From Lytechinus pictus (lineage: Eukaryota), in contig NW_026974141.1 of NCBI RefSeq assembly GCF_037042905.1, forward strand, positions 6,572,001 to 6,636,000: a DNA stretch of 64,000 nt, in the 5' to 3' direction. Positions within the stretch are counted from its first letter, which is position 1; each line of letters begins with the position of its first letter. The notes below the pieces were generated by a model. The model worked only from the letters and a program-made list of their open reading frames with translations, was not told the origin of the DNA and made no database searches. A program made the position numbers and the translations under genes. This document shows, piece by piece, positions 54,345 to 64,000 of this stretch.

Positions 54345-55964
54345 CAGTGGCGTAACAGGCGGGGGGGGGGGGGGGGCAGGGGGGGCAAGTTGCCCCCCCC
54401 CCCCCTGGCGGATTTCACCGGGAAAATAAAAAAAACGGGAAAAAAATAAAGAGAGGGAGAAAGAAAGGGAAAGGGGAAGGAAAGGGGAAAAGGAAAGGAG
54501 GAAAAGGAAAGGGAAAAGGGAAAGGGAAAAGTGAAAAGAAAACGAAGAAAATATATTTTTAATGGAAAAGGAAGGAAAGCGGGAAAATGAACGAAAGAAC
54601 ATTTGAGAAAGAACAAATCATTCCGAAATAGGCCTATGTAATGCAATATCATGATGGGAAATAAATTAAAAGATGACAGAGGCAAACAATAACGGGAAAT
54701 GAAGGTAGAATGTAATTAGTCAAAAGCTAAATAGAAAAACAAAGAAAAGGGACAAGAAAAAAACTTAATAACATGACCGGGCTGCCGAGGATAGAAAATA
54801 AAGAGCGGGAAGAAAGATGGACTGCATACAACATTGTGCTATAAGCTTGCTAAATTCAGTATGCAAATAAGCTACTGGGGCTTTGCCCCAGACCCCATGC
54901 AGTAGGGGCTCTTCATCTATAACCTTCAAATGGCTCTATAACGCCCCCCTGTAGGGACCCTTCCTACATTAAGCGTTACGTTCAATCACTGGCGTACAGG
55001 CGGAGGGTCTTCGTTCCACACCCAAGAGGAAATAACAGAAATTATAGGAGACAACGTATAATAAAATGAATGGAAACAATGAAATGTGTTATTTGCTGAA
55101 TATAATGGATATCTATCACATAATTAAAATTTAATTTCAATAGGCATTTTTTGTCAGCTCGCTTTGCTCGCTGGCGACTTTTTACAAACTTTCCCACATT
55201 GCTATGTTTTGCCCCCTCAAAATATTAACTGGATTAAATAAATGTGTTGTGTAAAAGCTATATTCTGTATATACCCGCGATTTGATTAAAAATATCGGCA
55301 ATCTGCGAGGTTTAAATGGCTTTGATATCACGAAGATCCGGGGGCTCCAGACGGACCCCAACCGCAAAGCACTGCCGTATATGATTATGGAAGGATTGGG
55401 CCATGGTCCCCAAAAGTTCTACAACCAAGAAAAAAAAAGAGGAAAGAAAAGCAAAGGAGAAGTGTAGGATATGATTTTATTTATTGAATACAATGTCAAA
55501 AAATATCTCAAAGTTAAATTCTCATGAAAATGTGATTTTCATTCTCGCTCGCTTCGCTCGTTCGGGACTTATATCAAGCAGCTTTTTAGCACTTGCGCCA
55601 TACTGCGCCTCTCGTTTTTTTTACTCTTCACGCTACTGCTGCAAATAATCATGTTCAGAGTGGCATACAGACCACGAAAAAGGAATGGAAAGAGAGAAGA
55701 GTGAAATATATTATTCTCTGGATATCATGTCAAAATCTATCACAAAATTGGATTTTTGTATTAAAAATGTCAAAAATTTTGCTCGCTCGCTCGCATCTTT
55801 TTTTAAAGATAAATTCTGCCTGATACACAATATCTGGCCCTCTCAATATCGTCGCCTCATTACACCATTACGCCTGTTCATACCATGATATGACCGGGAA
55901 ATTTGTGGCTCTTGCCCCCCCCCCCCCCCCCCCCCCCTGGCCACCGACCCCTGTTACGCCGCTG
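54345..55964. mobile_element. hAT non-autonomous element (1.6 kb)
   Basis: TIR CAG(T/C)GGCGTAACAGG; perfect 8-bp TSD CAAGAGTT. Confidence 0.92.
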
Positions 55965-56472
55965 CAAGAGTTGGTCATAGGGACTTCTCAAATTCACGTG
56001 TGCCGATCTCTGATCGCGAATGCAAGGATGGATAGTATTAAATAAAAATAAGAAAGATCAGAACTTTACAATGGACCTACTTAAATAGTTAAATAGTGAA
56101 CATTTTAATCATACCAAGGTTAGTTTTAGGTAATAATATAATGGGTTATTGAATATCAACCCCGATGATTTAATTGACGAATCAAAATGTTTAAACTGTC
56201 TTGAACGAGTTCGATTGGCCACGGTCGCCAGTAGCTGCTATTTGTGTAAGACCCTCCTACACACGCAATGAATAATGAGTTTTGCAAGTTTAATATCAAA
56301 GGCCTCACCAATAAGGCGGTTCGGCCTGACGATAAATACTGTAAACGCACACTGGTTTAGACCATTCCAAACCCTTTTTTACACAAGCCAAGCAGAGAGC
56401 GTGGACCTGCCAAATGCTAGGGAAAAAAGCGACAACCTACTGTAATACTCATTCAGAACTAAAGCAAAGTCC

Positions 56473-56715
56473 CTAACCTGGTTTGTAGCATCCAACGAAT
56501 GCTTGGTATTTCCATGAACCTGTATTAATCGAGTAGTCCCGGCGATATTTAGCTTATTTGCAACTGTACATTACCCTTATACTGATCGAGTTGCTATATT
56601 CAATCCAATCCTAACACTAGAAATTCCCGAGACCAAACTGATAACATGAGTGCTATATAATATACTGACGGTTAGACAAATCTGTATAATAATCATAAAG
56701 ACCCAGTTAATTCAA
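56473..56715 (-). pseudogene. Cassette 10
   Basis: LGLYDYYTDLSNRQYII*HSCYQFGLGNF*C*DWIEYSNSISIRVMYSCK*AKYRRDYSINTGSWKYQAFVGCYKPG|GTTAG. Continuous frame with four stops; last exon base 56478. Confidence 0.72.
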
Positions 56716-59700
56716 TTTTCTATTGAATTAATTTACGCCCCCCCCCCCCCTAGTCCACCTGCTTGACTATTGAGCAATATGCCGACAACGGACATTGATG
56801 GCGCATCACGCCTTTACAAAAATTATCCCCTTTTTCAAGCGGACATATTCGTGGAGTCGCGCGATCACTGGGTCTGGCGCGGTGTATACTATGTGAATCA
56901 GTATGTATGTATCAGAGAATTAAGCGAACAAGAAAACACGGTCACTATCTGGACTACCTCCCGTTTATGGAGCAATACAAGCAAATACCCATCTAGAAAG
57001 AATAATGTTTCCCCCCCCCCCCCCACTAGTGTTTGAAGATACCCTTTTCAGAACAGCACAGCCCGCAGAAATTTCTTAGACAGGAGGGACAGAAGCCAAC
57101 CTTCACTGAATCGCGACGGGGGCATCTACAAACTTTTTAAGAGTTTATGACGAACTTCATCACAGCACCGTCGCTTCTTGCAGTAATCAGACGGGTTATA
57201 TTACTGAGGAAGACTTAAGTGTGTAGTTGGAAATTTAGAGGTAAATCATTTTTACCGATTTTTATTTTGCATTTGGATCACACGTTTAAATTTGCGGATA
57301 TTTTACCGAAGCAGATTAACTTTCATTAGTTGTATACATTGTTTCCAAGAATTATTTGTGCACTGCATACAACAATGCAAAATGAGAAGACGAACACTGT
57401 TGGAACAAAAAACAATCCTAACCATTATAAAACATACATTATAAAACATAAAACATACAGAATGTTATGTCATATGAACAAAGGAGGTACATGTTTAGCC
57501 TTTGTTTACACATAGCTGCAAAGATCGGTTACGAATGAATGATAACGAATCATGCAGTAATGCAAATTTTTACACCGTGAAATGATAATCGAATCATAGC
57601 ATGCAATGCTTCTGATCATGACTTTTTTCCCCTTTTTTTCATGAACATAAGCTGATAGTTCGTTGGAGAACGCAAACGCTTATTTACGACGGTAGTTGAT
57701 TTTGGAAGAGACTTTTTGGGCCCGTCGTTATGGTCGTAAAACTCTGTCCTGCAATGCAAATTGTGTGACATGAAATTTATTTTTAGTTTCGCATCTGCAA
57801 CGGAAACATTCAATTTGCGTTTCGTGTGCAAAATTATGGTTGCTACTATGGTAACAGCGATATATAAGAGCTCGAGAGGCCGTCCGGGGGGCCCACTTCC
57901 TTTGACGAGTGGATAGAAGGCGCGACCACGCGTAAAAGTGGACAGAGTGGGCAAGTACGTTACGTATACGCCTATGTAACGTTATAAGGGTGTCAAAGAC
58001 GATGTTTAAAATACTGAAAAAAGGGATACATTTCCGATACGTGTAGGATTTCACAAGCCAAATACTTGTTAAGAGATGCATTTTCATAATCTGGAAAATA
58101 CTTGCTTCCCTTGTTTAGGGTGAATTTTTCACCAGGTACCAAGCAAACCCGGGGGGCACTTCAATTGACGGCTGGATACAAGTATTTTCTATTTTCTGAA
58201 AATGCACCCCTAACATCTCGTGTGAAAACCTACCCTTATAACAATGATATGGAACAAAACAGTACCCTTTACATATATTCCCTTAATAATAGATACCCAA
58301 ATTAAGTACAGCAATATTTTTTAATTGTGATGTCACGGACGTCAGCTCTACCTTTACTTACATTTGGTTTAGTACCGCCCCACCTCTCATACCTCGCTCA
58401 TGTCGGACTCTAAACACGTAGTATTGGGGCAATAATTACATCCTTTATAAATCATTTTAGTCGTGTTTATTTCCTGGCAAATTTGATCGTAAACACGTAC
58501 ATATAGCTTTCCAAGCGAAATATATACCCCCTTTTCATTGTTTTAGTGTCTTTGACACCCTTAATAAGTTACGTACGTAACGTGCCAAATCTTGAAAAGG
58601 AGATCCCTTTACGTCGCACATGGTATTCATTCGTCAAAGGAAGTGCAATCCAAATCAAGTGGTCTTGCGGTAAGCGTTTATGACGTAAGTGACGCAGGAG
58701 GGACGGGGAGGGGGCATGGAATTAAGAGGCTGAAGTTAATAAAGTTACTTTTTCAGGAAAAGAGAGTGCAAGACTGTGGCATATTGAGAGACAATGATTC
58801 CGTGTTATACTGGAAGGGAAACATCATGCTGAAAATGATGGAGCCAAACATCAATGACTCTAAGCGAGTACTAACAATCTTAACGCAACTAGAGTTCCCG
58901 TTACCCTCACATCGTAAATGTTGTTGTAGAGATAGATTATGCCAAACTACTTTGAAATAATCCACCTCCGGCATGCCCGGTGAAATGCTTTATAAATAGC
59001 ACTCCTACACAAAAATAAGGAGGTGCTGATTTACAGCAGCCGTAAGACAGCGTTTGAAAATGACAATAATCATCATCATCACCACGATCATCATCATAAT
59101 AATATAACATTATTACAGCGCACGTATCAGCCTTGTTAAGTGCTCCTGGCGCTCCTATATAATTCCGGCTAAGCTACATGTAGTCCACCGGTACCGGTGG
59201 TTACTGTGGTTTTATTTTATTTTTTTTGGGGGGGGGGATTACACTCATATGAGTTCTCAAAAACAGAAATTACCTTTCCCAACAAACCAGATGGCCGACT
59301 TCTCAGCTACATCGCCGCCCCCAAAAATAATAATAATAATAAAATGAAAATAAATAAATTAACACATAGGCCTACATAATGAAGTTCCGTTCTGTCATCA
59401 CATACTCAATAGAAATTCAAGAATCATCTTGCTTGTTGCACCGAGGGCAGCATGCACATCGCGCGAATTTATGAAGAATTCTTTTTTTGTTTCTAAATCT
59501 CAAATCAGGAATCGGTAAACGTGAAAAATAATAAAAACAACACAACTGATCTGTACGATTCCAAAGGCAATGAAATCATTGGTGTAAGATAGTACCAAGG
59601 GCTGACTTAACCATCACAGTGTTTTTTTTATTGGTGAAAACGCTTAAAACGTCCACTGAGATGTCATAACTAAGTCCATAAATTTGAATTTTTCTGAGAA

Positions 59701-59945
59701 AGTAAAATGTTTGGAAAATAGAATTACCCAGCATACTAAAAGAGTTAAAAATCATAAACGCAATTTGGAGTGATGCAAACATCGTGCAAGATACTTTAAC
59801 GTGAATTGTGACACCACAGCTTTTGTGATATGAGACGCACAACAATTAATATTTGCAGTAAAGTTTTAAATAAAGGGCCTTTTATGTCAACAACAAGAAC
59901 AACAAATCGAGTATCGTATTCACATTTGTGTCAAGCTTGTTAGGG

Positions 59946-60215
59946 CTAACCTGGTTTGTGGCATCCGACGAATGCTTGGTATTTCGTTGGGTTTGTTGTA
60001 TCAAACGTGCTGTTTGGTAGTGCGTAATCATATATATAAACAAAGGTACACATCCTTCATACTGATAGAGCTGACATATTTAACACATCTTCACACTGTT
60101 AGCATTGCTCAGACCAATTAAATAACAGAATTTTAAATGAATATACTGCTTGTCAGAGAAATCATAGTGATAATGATAATTGCTAAGCCACAGTTCAATC
60201 CAATTGTTACTTACT
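59946..60215 (-). pseudogene. Cassette 11
   Basis: VSNNWIELWLSNYHYHYDFSDKQYIHLKFCYLIGLSNAN/fs/...SSISMKDVYLC/fs/...TFDTTNPTKYQAFVGCHKPG|GTTAG; last exon base 59951. Confidence 0.7.
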
Positions 60216-60877
60216 AGCTGTTAGTCAAATAAATGTCGTCAGTGAGACATTTATTAATAAACATTTATTGATAAACAATAAACATGTTATACCAAAAGCT
60301 ATGGAACCTATTATTCCAGAAGCACTGCTTTTGATAATTAAAGTAAAAAAAGGCTGTGCTCATATTTACAATATTTTATGTAGTATAAGTTGAAATATTG
60401 CAAAAATCTCATCAAATTGAAACCTTTTTATTCAACTGCAGATGTCAACATGAAGTGGTTTCAGTTCAAAATAGTGAATATAAATATTTATATGAAAGAT
60501 GCTTCGTTACGATTCAAATTAGTTACTAATGAATTATGTACTTTTTGTTATAATAATAAATAAATTATTATGCATATTTTATGTTCTTGTGCCCACACGA
60601 GCGAAATTTGGTCTCAACTGGAAATTTGTTTTTTACGGAAACAATAATGATGCTCTTAATTGTGTTTTTATAATCGTTTGAAAAAAAAATGCAGCAAAAT
60701 GCAAACACTGTCTTCCAGTGTTCGACCATATTTTGTTTGAAATTAAATCGTATTATGGTATGGAAAAGTATATATATACATAACACAAATCTAAAATAAA
60801 AGAAATTCATGAAAAGGTGGTCATCTTTTGCTTTATTATATTAAGTCCCTCAGATATCTCTAAAATACATACACCCT

Positions 60878-60903
60878 CACACACACACACACATACACAC
60901 ACT

Positions 60904-60933
<30 letters not shown>
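60878..60933. repeat. Compound (CA)n/(TA)n microsatellite
   Basis: Direct inspection. Confidence 0.9.
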
Positions 60934-60934
<1 letters not shown>

Positions 60935-63900
60935 CTTGTATGGATTATTTTTCTTTCCTCTGCACTTTGATTTTTTTTTCAAATGTTACGACCATTCGTG
61001 GAATATTGTATTGTACATATTTAAATTTTGTGTCATATACTGTCTTAATTATTGAATTATGTATTGTCAAAAAATATGTATTATAGTGATTTCAATAAAG
61101 AAACCCGGTGGAAGGGTTAAACAGATTAAACAAAAAATATTAATAAAGGGTACTTTCAACGACTATAAATAATTATTATTAATTTCTGACAAAAAAATTC
61201 TGCCCTACCAATGATATTGGGACTTTTCGAAACCACGACGGGGAAGATAAATCTGCGGCTCGTATGCAAAACTATGCTAATATGGTTTAAGCGACATGGT
61301 CGATACCGGAAGGTTTTCGACCGTAATGACCCACATGGTCGTCTCTGTACTCGGGGGAGTCTGCCGATAGATTGTTAGATTCTTACACTTTGCACGTGAA
61401 AACTAAGCCCTAAAATAAATGCTTAACTTTCCCATTTTAACAAGAATTGTCAACAACATAAAAAGGTCTATAAGGGATTCAAACTAAAATTTTAAAATAA
61501 ATAGAATCTTGACCACCTGTATAGACTTATGTAACAATGCAATAATTATTTGTATAATAATCCCCCATTCGGGTGAAGTAATATATCCTAAGGCTAACTG
61601 TCTGTGTAGGAGGAAATGAAGTTCAGACGGATAACATATGTGTAAACGCATGAGGCATGAATAGATTACTTTGACCCACGAATTTAATTGCCAGCGCTCC
61701 TCCAATAATCCACGTTAGATACATTATCGATTCGATGGACTATAATGCTAAAGATTTAAGCATTAATTCGGTATGCCCCCCCCCCCCTCAAAATTTACTT
61801 TATTTCTTTAAAGAACAAAATTCTTGGCCATGCCCAAATACACCATGGAGCGCACATCAGGTCATATCTACCCCTGTTCAGACCCGGGCTACGAGCATCA
61901 GTAGTCGCACGTGAAAGCAAATTGTTTTATCATGTAAAACAGCTTGCGAAGTAGAATTTGGAAAATGGTTAGTAAACAGTTTGTAACGACCGGGCAAAAA
62001 GGTCTCTTCCAAAATCAGCCTTTTTCCAAGATTTTTTTTTGCGTTTTCATAGTAGTTGTGGAAACAGGTGAGCGAAACACCCACGACATAATAAAAAAAA
62101 CTTACGACAATAATTGTGTGTAACTTCGTATGACAAAATCCTTATTTGCGGTTATTTCCGTCAAAAGAAACGGTTGTTATAATGACAATACGTATAGCGA
62201 AGTCTTAAGCAACAGCTCACTCTGAGTATCATGTATTTTCGACGTCACAAAGCAACCGGGGCGAGACTGGCGTAATAAAAAACACGTCTCGAGGCTTTTG
62301 AATTATGATGGAGACAAGAAAAAGGGCGGGGAGGGGTGGGGGCTAGTAACTTTTTGTTTCTGTTTCTGGGGTTTCTTATAAGCCTAAACAGAAATCGGGA
62401 AAATTGTATGCCTCTCGTTTTAAGAAGATAAATACCCTGATATTACCATATTCGTTAATTAATAAGGCATTAACCACATGACTAACTAAATTTTCAATGA
62501 TACAAGAGAACAAATAATATGCATATAACATATACTCACCTAGATCGTAGATATTATCTAGGTAAGTACCCATAGTTTTACTGACTCATTTTCATTCTCC
62601 ACGGATTTTAAGCAAGATTTGTTTCATACAAGAGAGGATTCAACATCGACAAGGTTAATTCAATTCGGCATTACCGAAGAAGGGGTACTCGGCCCTTATT
62701 ATACTGTGTACTCGACCCTTATTATACTGTATATAATTTTGTCAATATTAGTATTGCTTAGGAAATATCTAATGATAACTGTAATTTTAAATACTGGGAA
62801 GATGCATACAAAGTAGCACTTGCTTTTGCTAGGCTAAGTTGACACTAGGTCTGAGGTTCAGATGCTACATGAGCATGATAAGAGAAGCGGTATTTTGCAC
62901 TTTGCATTCGAGTTTTTGCCTTTCTTCTGTGAGTTGTCAGCGATGTGCGTACTGCACTTAAACACAACCCACAGTGCACATGGACGTTGCTATTTTTCAA
63001 ATCACTAGCAATTGTTTTATGAAGACAAACAATGGTTTAAGCACAAGCAAAGCGTTATGTATACAAAATGCAGCAAATGCTGTGACTTATTATTTTTCTT
63101 TCCGAAAAGTGTTGGGCGGATCGCGAATCACGTGGGATGTAATTGTAACGTGAAACGTAACAATAGTGTTCCGCTACATGCGTATGGCTTAAGTTTTGCA
63201 ATAAACAGCACAGATATAGCTGCTGCATCCGTCTGATTGTACGTCCGTCAGTCAGTGAGGGAGGAGAATTGGCGGGTTGGGCTGGATGATGAAGGATTTG
63301 CCTAATCGTGTAAGTGATTGCCATTTGGATGTGGACATAACAAGATTTACATTAAACTTCGAAAAACTGAATAACTTTAATATCACGGAACTATGTCCCG
63401 TCACGAACGTTTACCATGCCACTTTCATCTGAAGAGGACCCGTGTTTAGTAAGGAAGTGTTTACCAAGTGCCCGTTTTCATATAAATGCAATTTTTTTAA
63501 ACCAAAAAATGCATAATGGTTAGTTTCGGTCATGTTCGCTCCTTTGGCTAACTTAGCAGACGATGCGAGCCTGCTAGTTTATAGTATACATACGCAGAAC
63601 ATATTGCAAATCAAAATCAATTCCGGACTCGATACTACTAAATATTTGCTTTCTCAAACTGTAGCTATTTATAGATATCAGTAGGCAAAGCTTTAAAGTA
63701 CAAGAACATTGTTTCTTTCAACATTAAATGCATTAATTAATCTTATTTGGACTGTATCAATTATTTCAAATTGAAAGGGTCTAGGAACGTAAACTATCAT
63801 ACGTCAGTCATGTGACGTTCTACAACAAAATGTGCCGTGTTCTGCCTTCTCGATCTCAAAGTTCTAAAGAAAAATGAGATGCAACCATTACACTAGTCAC

Positions 63901-64000
63901 AAAGCGTTATACATCAACATGTAGGTAATCTATTCAGCATTGAGATGACAATCAATTTCGATCTTTTTTACCCTTATGTATATTTCAGTGGGGAAAACAA

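Noticed and set aside
2950-59985. Conserved 40-nt repeat as a CRISPR array, snoRNA or miRNA cluster
   Set aside because: Copies are kilobases apart in eukaryotic DNA. There is no consistent C box, the CTGA is lost in several copies, and no long pre-miRNA hairpin forms. The GTTAG/GTGAG pattern and synonymous changes fit an exon end better.

Overview
AT-rich, repeat-dense animal DNA with long poly-G/C tracts and tRNA-derived SINEs. The style suggests a sea urchin or other echinoderm, which is an inference from composition only. I find no intact protein-coding gene. About half of the window is recognisable transposon debris: RTE, Rex1/Babar-type and CR1 LINE remnants, SINEs, hAT, Harbinger and Tc1 MITEs, two multi-kb foldback elements, and a solo LTR. 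These sit inside nested local duplications, and there is one 168-nt assembly gap. The unexplained signal is an array of 11 complete and 2-3 partial exon-like cassettes spread over 57 kb, all on the minus strand. Each complete cassette ends in a nearly invariant 40-nt block (plus strand CTAACCTGGTTTGTGGCATCCGACGAATGCTTGGTATTTC, 0-4 mismatches, no indels). On the minus strand this block reads KYQAFVGCHKPG followed by a phase-1 GTTAG/GTGAG splice donor. The cassette interiors are highly variable and encode a Cys-patterned, loosely SRCR-like extracellular module. Every copy carries a stop or frameshift in that frame. The array could be a dead receptor-exon family, a variable-exon array, or a pseudo-exon donor library; the sequence alone cannot decide among these.
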